From NCBI GenBank assembly GCA_017432895.1, contig JAFRIG010000007.1, positions 927 through 64,926 on the forward strand: 64,000 bases of DNA, written 5' to 3'. This stretch comes from Erysipelotrichaceae bacterium. Lineage in GTDB: Bacteria > Bacillota_I > Bacilli_A > Erysipelotrichales > Erysipelotrichaceae. Shown here piece after piece: positions 37,311 through 46,221 of the stretch (position 1 is its first letter; each line of letters starts with the position of its first letter). Made by a program: the position numbers and the translations under genes. Under the pieces are notes generated by a model. That model ran no database searches and was not told the origin of the DNA. It saw only the letters and a program-made list of their open reading frames with translations.

Positions 37311-37937
37311 ATGAAAGTACTGTTCATCAACGGTTCACCCCATCCCAAAGGGACGACCAACAGAGCTTTGAGTGAAGTTGAGAATATCCTGAATAAAGAG
37401 GGCATCGAAACTATCTGGGTCAATGTGCCTCACGATTGTGCCTCCTGTATGGCCTGCGGCTATTGTCATAGGACAAAAGAAGGCTGCATCAAAAAGGACG
37501 TCGTCAATCAGATCTACGAACTGCTCGATGAGGCCGATGGCCTGATCGTCGGTTCACCCGTCTACTATGCCGGACCAAGTGGATCATTACTGTCATTTCT
37601 TGATAGATTATTCTATTCCTATCCGCATAAATCATCATTGAACATGAAAGCGGCAGCCTGTATCTCCAATTCCCGTCGGGCGGGCAACATCACGACCAAC
37701 GATGTGATCGAAAAGTTCTTCTCGATCTCCGGAATGGCTATCATCACTTCAACATACTGGAACGATTCCCATGGCTTTACGCCGGAAGATGCTGAAAAAG
37801 ATGAAGAAGCGATGCAGACCATGCGCAATCTGGGTCGCAACATGGCCTATTATCTCAAGATGCGTGAGATGGCAAAAGAAAAAGGTCTTGAAGGACCTGA
37901 AATCGAAAAAGGAAACAGCACTCATTTTATCAGATAA
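37311..37937 (+). CDS. Iron-sulfur flavoprotein / NAD(P)H-dependent FMN reductase family
   Basis: Flavodoxin-like 'MKVLFINGSPHPKGTT' plus the compact Cys cluster 'CASCMACGYC' seen in ISF-type proteins. Confidence 0.7.
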   Translation: MKVLFINGSPHPKGTTNRALSEVENILNKEGIETIWVNVPHDCASCMACGYCHRTKEGCIKKDVVNQIYELLDEADGLIVGSPVYYAGPSGSLLSFLDRLFYSYPHKSSLNMKAAACISNSRRAGNITTNDVIEKFFSISGMAIITSTYWNDSHGFTPEDAEKDEEAMQTMRNLGRNMAYYLKMREMAKEKGLEGPEIEKGNSTHFIR

Positions 37938-37953
37938 AAGAAGAGATCCGTAA

Positions 37954-38664
37954 TCAGCGGATCTCTAATTGTTTAAAGGTCTTGACCAGATCGTCATGGA
38001 TGACGATGTCACATTGCGAGTCGTAGGATGTGGCGTCTCGGTTGATGATGGCCAGCTTGTCGCCACGGAAGTAGCGGATGAAGGAAGCGGCCGGATAGAC
38101 GACTAAGGAAGTGCCGCAGACGACCAGCAGGTCGGCATTGGCGATGGCGTTGATCGCTCCGCGGATGACATCTTCATCCAGTCCTTCTTCATAGAGGACG
38201 ACATCGGGTTTGATGGTAGCCCCGCATTTGTCGCATTTGGGCACACCGGTGGAATTGATGATGTAGTCAAGGTCGAAGAACTTGCCACAGCGGCTGCAAT
38301 AGTTGCGCAGCACCGAGCCATGCAGCTCATAGACTTTCTTACTGCCGGCCGCCTGATGCAGACCATCGATGTTTTGCGTAACGACGGAAACATCCTTTTT
38401 GTCCTGCAGACGGGCGATGAATTCGTGGGCGTAGTTCGGTTTGGCTTGCGGGTAAAGCATCTTTTCCCGATAGAACTCGAAAAAGTCTTCGGTCTTGTAT
38501 TCATAGAAAGTATGGGAAAGCATCTCCTCCGCCCGGTAGACGTTTTTGTACAGTCCGGTCGCAGAGCGGAAATCGGGGATACCGGAGGCCGTCGACATGC
38601 CGGCTCCGGAGAAGAAAACGATTCGGCGGGCGTCATCTAACGCATTTTGCAGTTGTTTTATCAT
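37954..38664 (-). CDS. cobB: NAD-dependent protein deacylase, Sir2 family
   Basis: 'FFSGAGMSTASGIPDFRS', 'TQNIDGLH', and the Zn-ribbon 'CSRCGK...CDKCG'. 236 aa. Confidence 0.9.
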   Translation of the reverse strand: MIKQLQNALDDARRIVFFSGAGMSTASGIPDFRSATGLYKNVYRAEEMLSHTFYEYKTEDFFEFYREKMLYPQAKPNYAHEFIARLQDKKDVSVVTQNIDGLHQAAGSKKVYELHGSVLRNYCSRCGKFFDLDYIINSTGVPKCDKCGATIKPDVVLYEEGLDEDVIRGAINAIANADLLVVCGTSLVVYPAASFIRYFRGDKLAIINRDATSYDSQCDIVIHDDLVKTFKQLEIR

Positions 38665-38702
38665 ATAACTTTATTTTACATCATTTGAATGTTATCATCA
38701 TT

Positions 38703-38812
38703 GTTAGAAACATCAGGGCAAGGTGAGATTCCTTGATCGGCGGTATACCCCGCGAGCTTCGGGCAGAACCTGTGAGATCCAGGTGGCGACTGTACAGTCA
38801 GGATGAGAGAGG
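38703..38812 (+). promoter_or_regulatory. FMN riboswitch (RFN element)
   Basis: 'ATCAGGGCAAGGTGAGATTCCTTGATCGGCGGT...CCCCGCGAGC...GTGAGATCCAGGTGGCGACTGTACAGTCAGGATGAGAGAGG' matches the conserved RFN core (compare the B. subtilis ribD leader). A T7 run and a riboflavin-transporter gene follow. Confidence 0.9.
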
Positions 38813-38822
38813 TTTTTTTATT

Positions 38823-39413
38823 TTGAAAAAGTATTTGACGGTTAAAAACATCAGCAGTATCGCCGTTTTAGGCGCTTTGGGAGCAGTCTTGATGCTGTTC
38901 GACTTTCCGATCGCGATCGCTCCTTCTTTCTACAAACTGGACCTTGGCGATCTGCCTTGTCTGATCGGAGCTTTCGCTTTGGGACCGGTGCCGGCTTTGT
39001 TCATTCAGATCATCAAGATCCTGATCAAGCTGATGTTGAAGCCGACTTCGACGGCTTTCGTGGGAGAAATGGCAGCCTTCATCTTCTCCAGTGTCTATTG
39101 TGTGACGGCGGCTTTCATCTATCAGCGAAACAAATCGAAGTCCAAAGCCATCAAAGCCATGGTCATCGCTTCTATTGCCATGGTGATCGCGGCGACTTTG
39201 GGAAATTATCTGTTCATTATTCCGGCTTATGTGCGGATGTACAACATGCCTTTAGAGGCCATCATCTCCATGGGCAGTGCAATCTTCCCGGCCGTTCATG
39301 ACAAACTCAGCTTCGTACTTTGCTGCGTCATGCCTTTCAATCTGATCAAGGCCATCATCGTGGACATCCTGACGCTGCTTCTTTACAAGCGCATCTCGCC
39401 GATCCTGAAATAG
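38823..39413 (+). CDS. ribU: Riboflavin ECF-transporter S component
   Basis: Polytopic, ~196 aa. 'VKNISSIAVLGALGAVLMLFDFPI' resembles the RibU/YpaA N-terminus, and the gene lies directly downstream of the FMN riboswitch. The TTG start at 38823 is inferred, because the annotated ORF start (38733) lies inside the riboswitch. Confidence 0.8.
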   Translation: MKKYLTVKNISSIAVLGALGAVLMLFDFPIAIAPSFYKLDLGDLPCLIGAFALGPVPALFIQIIKILIKLMLKPTSTAFVGEMAAFIFSSVYCVTAAFIYQRNKSKSKAIKAMVIASIAMVIAATLGNYLFIIPAYVRMYNMPLEAIISMGSAIFPAVHDKLSFVLCCVMPFNLIKAIIVDILTLLLYKRISPILK

Positions 39414-39527
39414 GGCAAAAAGTGCCGAAATAAAGGCTGTTTACGATTGTGTGAAGATATGGTTTTTGTTTATTTCTTGATAGCAGTTATGTTATAATTT
39501 TTAGGTACAAAATTTGGAGGTTTTGTT

Positions 39528-41069
39528 GTGGCTAGATTAACAAGAACACAAAAATTCGCAGAATTGAGAGATTCTCTTGCCAATGACAAAGAATCTTCTT
39601 TGAAGACCGCAGATCTTTCAAGCTACGAAGATAGATTAAGCAGTATCACCGATCTGCTTTCACCTCTGCAGAAGAAAGAACCGGAAGTCATCGAGACTCC
39701 GATCGTGCAAAGTGTGGAAGAAGATCCCAAGTATACATGGACCGAATTTGAAGAGACCCCGATCGAACAGCTGGTCGAGTCTTTCAAGAATGATGATCTC
39801 GATGAACGCATCAGTCAGATCGAGAAAGAGACCAGTGTTCATGATGAGATCAATCAGAGTTGGATCAAAAAGGAAACAGCTCCAGTCAGTGAACCGGTCG
39901 AAGAGATCAGTATCGCTTCCGATACCAATGTCAAACCTTTGATCGAGGAACCGGTCTATGAACCGCTCGTCGAAGATGCACCGATCATCAATATCGTCGA
40001 TGAAGACTATACGCCGATCATCGATGAGAGCCAGTATGTGGCTCCTTTGATCGATGATGTCAAAGTCGATGAGACTCCGGTCTACTCGGCTCCTTTGATC
40101 GATGATTCCACGCCGGCTGTCCAGCCACAGGAAACTCCAGTTATCAAGCCGGTGGAAGAAAAGAAACCGGAATCCGAATTCTTAGGTTACTACAATCCGA
40201 GTCCTGAGATCGAGAACCTCTACAAGGAAGCTGAACTCAAGGCCAAGGAAGAGGCTGAAGCAGTTGAAGTCAAGGAAGAAAGCGAGCCAGTTGCTCAGGT
40301 CGAAGAAACTCCGATCGCGATCGAAGTAGTGGAAGAGGAGCCGGTTGAAGTTCCTGAAGAAGTCGAAGTTAATGAAGAAGTCGTCACGCCGATCGAAGAA
40401 GATGTCGACAATATCGTCAAAGAAGCTGTTGAAACAGCGGAACTGGTCGATAATCACGCGGTCGATCATCTCAACGATCTGGTCAACTCCTATATTTCCG
40501 AAACGATCAACGAAGTCGGTGAATACAACAAGCAGAATGGTGACATGACCATTTCCCAGCTCACCAGCAATATGGTCCATGAGATCAGACATCCGGGTGA
40601 ACCTCTGGAAGAAATTGAAGTACCGGTCGTTGAAGAAGAAGAACCGGTCGAGAGCGATGAGGAATTCTCCAATACCGTCTCCATGGAGATCTCCAAGATC
40701 ATGGAAGAGATCACGGCAGCTGATGAAACATCTGTTGAAGAAGAGATCCCTGAAGTCCTGGAAGCTCCGGAAGAGACGATCGTCGTCGAGGAACATCCGG
40801 TCTTAGCCAAGGTTTTGGAAGAAGAGCCGGAAGATGTCGTGGAGATCAAGAATATCACCGAGCTGGAGGCTGAGCCGACCAGAGATACCGTTTCCAATAC
40901 GATCCCGTTTGTCGTGGCAACAAGTGATGATGAAGAAGAGATCGAAGATGATGATGAAGAAGGTTCCAACACCATCCTCAATATCATCCTGATCGTTCTG
41001 ATCATCGTTTTAGTGGCTGTATTAGGTTTGATCGTATTCTATATTTTAAAGACGAAAGGCGTTATTTAA
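39528..41069 (+). CDS. Hyper-acidic low-complexity protein with a single C-terminal TM anchor (hypothetical)
   Basis: GTG start 9 nt after GGAGG. 513 aa, E/V/P/I/D-rich. Short repeats are present (APLIDD twice, from an 18-nt DNA repeat GCTCCTTTGATCGATGAT). The C-terminal 'ILNIILIVLIIVLVAVLGLIVFYIL' is followed by only ~7 residues. Confidence 0.7.
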   Translation: MARLTRTQKFAELRDSLANDKESSLKTADLSSYEDRLSSITDLLSPLQKKEPEVIETPIVQSVEEDPKYTWTEFEETPIEQLVESFKNDDLDERISQIEKETSVHDEINQSWIKKETAPVSEPVEEISIASDTNVKPLIEEPVYEPLVEDAPIINIVDEDYTPIIDESQYVAPLIDDVKVDETPVYSAPLIDDSTPAVQPQETPVIKPVEEKKPESEFLGYYNPSPEIENLYKEAELKAKEEAEAVEVKEESEPVAQVEETPIAIEVVEEEPVEVPEEVEVNEEVVTPIEEDVDNIVKEAVETAELVDNHAVDHLNDLVNSYISETINEVGEYNKQNGDMTISQLTSNMVHEIRHPGEPLEEIEVPVVEEEEPVESDEEFSNTVSMEISKIMEEITAADETSVEEEIPEVLEAPEETIVVEEHPVLAKVLEEEPEDVVEIKNITELEAEPTRDTVSNTIPFVVATSDDEEEIEDDDEEGSNTILNIILIVLIIVLVAVLGLIVFYILKTKGVI

Positions 41070-41731
41070 TGAAGATCAATATCGCTATCGACGGACCAAG
41101 CGCAGCTGGTAAATCGTCGATTTCCGACATGCTGGCGGAAAGCCTGGGCTATACCCATCTGGATACCGGTGCAATGTATCGGGCCGTGGCTCTTAGTGCT
41201 TTGCGTAACGGCATCGCTTATGACGATGAAGAAAAGATCGTCGCCATGATCGAAGCCATGAAGTTGGAGATGCTTCCTGATGGAAGAGTTATCCTGGAAG
41301 GGGAAGACGTCTCGGAAAAGATCCGGACGGATGAGATCTCGATGGGTGCTTCCGATGTTTCCAAACTGCAGGGCTGCCGCGAGGCTCTAGTCAGGATGCA
41401 GCAGCACATCTGCAAGGATGGCGGTTATATCCTGGATGGACGCGATATCGGTACGGTCGTACTTAAAGATGCTCCGGTCAAGATCTATATGGTAGCTTCA
41501 CCGGAAGCCCGAGCCCAAAGAAGGCTCTTGCAGAATCAAAGTCAGGGTCTCTTAGCCGATTATGAACAGATCCTGGAAGATATCAAAAAACGCGATTACC
41601 AGGATATGCACCGTGAACATTCCCCGCTGACCAAGGCGGAGGATGCGATCGAGATCGATACTTCCGATATGACTAAGGAAGAAGTACGGGATGCTGTGCT
41701 GGCGATCGTGAAAGAAAAAACAGGAGATTAA
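41069..41731 (+). CDS. cmk: Cytidylate kinase
   Basis: 'IAIDGPSAAGKSS...LDTGAMYRA' is the canonical Cmk N-terminus. The start overlaps the upstream stop (TAATG). Confidence 0.95.
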   Translation: MKINIAIDGPSAAGKSSISDMLAESLGYTHLDTGAMYRAVALSALRNGIAYDDEEKIVAMIEAMKLEMLPDGRVILEGEDVSEKIRTDEISMGASDVSKLQGCREALVRMQQHICKDGGYILDGRDIGTVVLKDAPVKIYMVASPEARAQRRLLQNQSQGLLADYEQILEDIKKRDYQDMHREHSPLTKAEDAIEIDTSDMTKEEVRDAVLAIVKEKTGD

Positions 41732-41733
41732 AA

Positions 41734-43044
41734 ATGATAGATGGAACTGTCGCAATCGTTGGTAGACCCAATGTCGGTAAGTCGACAGTTTTTAATAGGA
41801 TGCTGGAAGAACGCGTTTCCATCGTGGAAGATACGCCGGGCGTGACCAGAGACAGGATCTATGGGGATTGCCAATGGCTATCTAAGACCTATCGGCTGAT
41901 CGATACCGGCGGTATCCAGATCGAGGATGTTCCTTTCCAGAAGGAGATCAATGCCCAAGTCGAGATCGCGATCGAAGAAGCGGACGTGATCATTTTTCTC
42001 ACGGATGGCCGCAGCGGTATGAGCAGCGATGACGAGTATATCGCCAGGCTCTTGCAGAAGTCGAAGAAGCCGGTCATTCTGGCCGTAAATAAGATCGACG
42101 ATATTGCCAAGATCGCGGATATCTATGAATACTATGCCTTGGGTATGGGTGATCCGATCGCCGTATCGGGAGTCCATGGCATCGGTATTGGTGATCTTCT
42201 GGATAAAGTGGTCGAACTCATGCCGGAAAAAAGCGAAGAAAGCTATGAAGGCATGGTGAAATTTGCGATCATCGGCCGGCCAAATGTAGGTAAATCGTCT
42301 TTGACCAACGCCTTTTTGAAACAGGAGCGAGTCATCGTCTCCGACATCGAAGGTACGACCAGAGATGCGATCGATACGGTCTTTGAAGCCAACGGCAACA
42401 ACTATGTCGTCATCGATACGGCCGGTATCCGCAAAAGAGGCAAGATCTACGAGAATGTCGAGAAATATTCGGTTTTAAGAGCCAAGGCGGCGATCGATCG
42501 CAGTGATCTGGCTCTGGTCCTGCTGGATGGCTCGACCGGCATCATTGAACAGGACAAGCACGTCGCTGGTCTGGCTCATGAAGCCAAGAAAGGCGTCATC
42601 ATCGTCTACAACAAGTGGGATCTGGTCGATAAGGACGACAAGACCATGTCCAATATCACCAAGGAGATCAGGAAACAGTTCGTCTATCTGGATTATGCGC
42701 CGATCGCTTTTGTCTCGGCCAAAGAAGGCAAGCGTATCGACACATTGTTGCCTTTGATCGATATGGTCTATGAGAATCTCAATAAGCGCATCAAGACCAA
42801 TGTCCTGAATGAAGTGATCCTGGACGCCCAGCTTGCCAATCCGGCCAAGCCGCACAACGGCAAAAAGTTTAAGATCTACTATGCTTCGCAGGTCTCGACC
42901 GCACCCTGTACGATCGTCTTATTCTGTAACGATCCGGATCTCTTACATTTCTCGTATGAAAGGTATATCGAAAACAAACTGCGAGAGGCCTTCGGTTTTG
43001 AAGGGATTCCGATCAACATGGTGGCTCGTAAGCGTCCCGATTAA
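41734..43044 (+). CDS. der: Ribosome biogenesis GTPase Der (EngA), tandem GTPase domains
   Basis: Two G domains ('GRPNVGKST' ... 'DTGG'; 'GRPNVGKSS' ... 'DTAG' ... 'NKWD') plus a KH-like C-terminus. Confidence 0.95.
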   Translation: MIDGTVAIVGRPNVGKSTVFNRMLEERVSIVEDTPGVTRDRIYGDCQWLSKTYRLIDTGGIQIEDVPFQKEINAQVEIAIEEADVIIFLTDGRSGMSSDDEYIARLLQKSKKPVILAVNKIDDIAKIADIYEYYALGMGDPIAVSGVHGIGIGDLLDKVVELMPEKSEESYEGMVKFAIIGRPNVGKSSLTNAFLKQERVIVSDIEGTTRDAIDTVFEANGNNYVVIDTAGIRKRGKIYENVEKYSVLRAKAAIDRSDLALVLLDGSTGIIEQDKHVAGLAHEAKKGVIIVYNKWDLVDKDDKTMSNITKEIRKQFVYLDYAPIAFVSAKEGKRIDTLLPLIDMVYENLNKRIKTNVLNEVILDAQLANPAKPHNGKKFKIYYASQVSTAPCTIVLFCNDPDLLHFSYERYIENKLREAFGFEGIPINMVARKRPD

Positions 43045-43055
43045 AATGTGTATTC

Positions 43056-43096
43056 AAAAAGCCAGCTGATGATGAATCAACTGGCTTTCTTTTTTT
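43056..43096. terminator. Bidirectional terminator between der and the convergent PBP gene
   Basis: AAAGCCAGCTGA (43058-43069) pairs with TCAACTGGCTTT (43077-43088) with one mismatch, flanked by A5 and a T-rich run. Confidence 0.75.
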
Positions 43097-46000
43097 ATTG
43101 AGCAGCCGCCAAGGCGATACAGGCCTGCGATTCGGAATCGGATGGTCTGACACAGACCGTAACTCTAGAACCGCCGATCTGTTCGGTTATCGAGACGTCT
43201 TCCGTAGCTCCGGCAATGACTTCGCCGGTATCGGAAGTGACGGTATAGAAGTATGGCGGTAAGGCTCCGCCGGAATAGATCGCCGTCCAGTGCGGGAACC
43301 AGATCCGGCCGGCTGCATAAGTCGTTTCGCCATAATCGTTGGTGGTCGATAAATCGCAGGCTTCACCGGTACAGAAGCCATTTTCGCCGCCGCCGACACC
43401 GAAGGTGACCCAGACCGTTCCGCCATCATAGGCACCATTAAGGTTGGCAATACCGCCGGCGATGTATTTCTTGTTCTGACGGGCGACTTCCATAGCTTCG
43501 TCGGCTGAGACCAGCGGATGTTCCTCAAGGGCACTCTTGGCGATATATCCCGTGACGGAAGGATAGCCGCTTGGTTCCGCATAAGGATAGGCACCTTTCA
43601 GATGCGTGATCTGCGTGACCGTATCGGGCATCTCTAATGGTGTATACGGATCGTATTCGCCAAGATGGTGATCGATGAGTTCATCAAGGATCTTGGCGAC
43701 GATCTTGGACTTGGTGTTCTCCTGATATTCGTAGGTCGTGAAGTAGGCACCTCTTTCCAGTTCGTCGTATCCCGTCCAGCAGGAGATCGTATACTTGTTG
43801 GTCTGCATAACCAGCCAGCTGTCTTTGGTGGCACCGGTCGGAATGCCGTATTCTTCACCGGCATCACCCCAGTCGGTCGTGCCGGTCTTGCCATAGAGCG
43901 GATAGCTTCGGCCGTTTTTGACGTACCACATCAGGGATGAGAAGGAACCGGTCATGTTGTATTCTTCCAGATAGGCGACCATCCAGGCCGTCGCTTCGGA
44001 GATGCGCTGTTCGCCAACCGTATCGGCAATAAAGTCCTCACGACCATCGTTGTAGGTGATGTAGTTGACCGTATGGGGCATGATGTAGCGTCCGCCGTTG
44101 ATGAACATGGCGTGAGCACCGGCCAGCTGTAAAGGCGTGACCAGACAGCGGTTGCCGCCGATGGCAAACTGCAGATCGAAATCGGCATAATCGAATTTGA
44201 AGCCGATGGAATTGAGATAGTCGACGACGAATTCTTCACCTTTTTCATCGACGACAGCAGCCAGAGCCTGAACGGCCGGTGTGTTCTGGGAACGGCCCAG
44301 AGCTTCCGTCATCAGCATGTCACCGTGATAGGTGTGGTCGTAGTTGGATATTAAGACGTTGCCGCCATAGAGATAGTACGGCTGGTCCGTGAAAGTATGG
44401 GATGTTGCATAGCCTAAGGCGTCAATACATAAGGCGTAGTCGACGACCGGTTTGATCGAGGAACCCGGGTTGAGGTAGGCATCGGTCGCTCTGTTGAACT
44501 GACGGGCCGATTCGGTCTCACCACGGCCACCACCCAAGGCTTCAATGGCGCCGTTCTGGTTGTCCATGACGACGATGGCACTCTGGCACAGTTCGTTAGG
44601 GAACTTGATACCGACATAGTCCGCCTCGTTTTGCATATCATAGATGTATTCCTGCATGTAGGCGTTCATGTTGGTATGGATCTCCATGCCGACCAGATAG
44701 GGTGATTCGCCGGTCACTTCGATGACTTCGTTGATGACCCGGTCGATGTAAGACTGATACTTGTCGTTGGTCTCCTGGAAGTTGTCGGAGATCCCCGCCA
44801 GCATGTCTTCGATCCTGACCGACTTAGCCAGATCGGCTTCCTTTTCGGAGATGTAGCCGTGCATGACCATCAGATCCAGCACTTCGTTGCGTCTTTCGGT
44901 CGCTTTTTCCAGATATTCACTGTCCGGATCCAGGTAGTAGTTGTCTTCTTTATAAAGATCGTTGTAAGGGTTATAGGTATTCGGCGAGTTGATCAGGCCG
45001 GCCAGGAAGGCCGATTCCGAGAGGTTGAGGTTCTCGGCCGATTTGCCGAAGTAATATTGAGCTGCTTTTTCGACACCGCGGATGTTGTTGCCATAGTTGA
45101 CCTTGTTGATATACATCGCGATGATCTCTTGCTTGGTGGTATCGGTCAGATTTTCCAGTTCCAGAGCTAACACGATCTCTTGCATCTTACGTTTGATACC
45201 GGACATGCCTTCTCTGGCGGCGATGGTCGATTCATCGTCAGCGTCGATCGAGAAGTAGGAGTTCTTGATCAGCTGCATGGTGATGGTCGAACCGCCTTGC
45301 GAGAAGTCGCGGGTTCTGATGTTGGCGAGAGCCGCTTTGGTGAAACGCGGGATGTCAAAGCCGATATGTTCAAAGAATCGGGAGTCCTCGATCGCTAAGA
45401 AGGCGTCGATCAGACAGTTAGGCATGCGTTCATAATCAATGTTTTCTCTTAGATACATGCCCAGTTCCATGATCTTGTTGTCATCGGAATCGTAGATCGT
45501 CGAGGAATCCGGAGATACCAGGTCACTGACGACCAGTTCCGGTTTGCCTTCACAGAGTTTGTAGGCGAACCAGCCGGCGGCGGCAACCGCGCATACTCCC
45601 AGGAAGAGGACGATACACATGAGGATAGCCATGATTAAGGTAAAAGCCTTGGCTTTGGGCCTGGGGTTCTTCTGTTTTTTGACTTTCACCGGTCTTTCCT
45701 TTTTCACTTTCTCTTTCCTGACTTTTTCTTTGGCAGACTTTTCTTTGACCGTTTTTTCGGTTTTTACCGGAACTTCAGCTTTTACCGGAGTTTCAGCTTT
45801 TATCGGAGTGGTAACCTTTTCCTGCGGTTTTGCGCTGCTGCTTTCCGTCTTTGTTGTCTGCTTTTTGACGGTCTTTGCTTTGGCTTCTTTCTTGTCAGCT
45901 GTGAGTCTGGTCTTTAAAGCGGCAAATGAAGAGACTAGGGAAGCCTTGGCCTTGTTTAAAGATGCGCCAAGCTTGTTTTCCTTGGTTTTGCCGGCTGTCT

Positions 46001-46181
46001 TGACCTTTTCAGCCTTTTTATGATTCAGTGTCGTGTCGGCGCTGCCGGCAATATGAACACTGCGCGGATCAGACTTGAAATATTCGCGTTTTTCCTGATG
46101 TTTCTGAGCCCTTCTTTTGACGCTGTTGATGCTTCTTTCCTGAGACTCGTTAAGTTCTTTTTCCTGTTTCATACAACTCAT
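43095..46181 (-). CDS. Class A penicillin-binding protein (glycosyltransferase + transpeptidase) with a ~175-aa Lys-rich cytoplasmic N-terminal tail
   Basis: GT51 motifs 'EDSRFFEHIGFD' and 'GGSTITMQL'. Transpeptidase motifs 'GSSIKP' (SxxK), 'SQN' and 'KTGTT'. TM helix 'FTLIMAILMCIVLFLGVCAVAAAGWFAY' after a K/E/T/V-rich tail. Confidence 0.9.
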   Translation of the reverse strand: MSCMKQEKELNESQERSINSVKRRAQKHQEKREYFKSDPRSVHIAGSADTTLNHKKAEKVKTAGKTKENKLGASLNKAKASLVSSFAALKTRLTADKKEAKAKTVKKQTTKTESSSAKPQEKVTTPIKAETPVKAEVPVKTEKTVKEKSAKEKVRKEKVKKERPVKVKKQKNPRPKAKAFTLIMAILMCIVLFLGVCAVAAAGWFAYKLCEGKPELVVSDLVSPDSSTIYDSDDNKIMELGMYLRENIDYERMPNCLIDAFLAIEDSRFFEHIGFDIPRFTKAALANIRTRDFSQGGSTITMQLIKNSYFSIDADDESTIAAREGMSGIKRKMQEIVLALELENLTDTTKQEIIAMYINKVNYGNNIRGVEKAAQYYFGKSAENLNLSESAFLAGLINSPNTYNPYNDLYKEDNYYLDPDSEYLEKATERRNEVLDLMVMHGYISEKEADLAKSVRIEDMLAGISDNFQETNDKYQSYIDRVINEVIEVTGESPYLVGMEIHTNMNAYMQEYIYDMQNEADYVGIKFPNELCQSAIVVMDNQNGAIEALGGGRGETESARQFNRATDAYLNPGSSIKPVVDYALCIDALGYATSHTFTDQPYYLYGGNVLISNYDHTYHGDMLMTEALGRSQNTPAVQALAAVVDEKGEEFVVDYLNSIGFKFDYADFDLQFAIGGNRCLVTPLQLAGAHAMFINGGRYIMPHTVNYITYNDGREDFIADTVGEQRISEATAWMVAYLEEYNMTGSFSSLMWYVKNGRSYPLYGKTGTTDWGDAGEEYGIPTGATKDSWLVMQTNKYTISCWTGYDELERGAYFTTYEYQENTKSKIVAKILDELIDHHLGEYDPYTPLEMPDTVTQITHLKGAYPYAEPSGYPSVTGYIAKSALEEHPLVSADEAMEVARQNKKYIAGGIANLNGAYDGGTVWVTFGVGGGENGFCTGEACDLSTTNDYGETTYAAGRIWFPHWTAIYSGGALPPYFYTVTSDTGEVIAGATEDVSITEQIGGSRVTVCVRPSDSESQACIALAAAQ
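45766..45820 (-). repeat. Three tandem ~18-nt coding repeats (hexapeptide VKAE-type) inside the PBP N-terminal tail
   Basis: The plus strand reads ACCGGAACTTCAGCTTTT / ACCGGAGTTTCAGCTTTT / ATCGGAGTGGTAACCTTTT, encoding '...PIKAETPVKAEVPVKTE...' on the minus strand. Confidence 0.7.
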
Positions 46182-46221
46182 TATTATACTATATTAAGGT
46201 AATAAATGATAATATTAAGGC

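Noticed and set aside
38103-38636. 177-aa alternative-frame ORF inside the sirtuin gene, and a 106-aa plus-strand ORF at 38320-38640
   Set aside because: The sirtuin frame carries all canonical Sir2 motifs. The alternative frames are Pro/Arg/Ser-rich translation artefacts.
37954-38664. SIR2-domain protein considered as a possible anti-phage (Thoeris/DSR-like) effector
   Set aside because: It is a compact 236-aa housekeeping-type sirtuin with an intact Zn-ribbon and NAD motifs. It has no SLOG, TIR or Macro partner and no large N- or C-terminal sensor domain. It is flanked by metabolic genes.
38733-38822. 5' extension of the ribU ORF as given in the six-frame track
   Set aside because: The extension overlaps the conserved FMN riboswitch aptamer and encodes an Arg-rich non-membrane sequence. 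The RibU-like sequence begins at the TTG at 38823.
40040-40110. Duplicated 18-nt sequence GCTCCTTTGATCGATGAT, considered as a spacer-repeat structure
   Set aside because: There are only two copies, in-frame within the acidic protein gene (APLIDD motif). It is a coding low-complexity repeat, not a CRISPR-like array.
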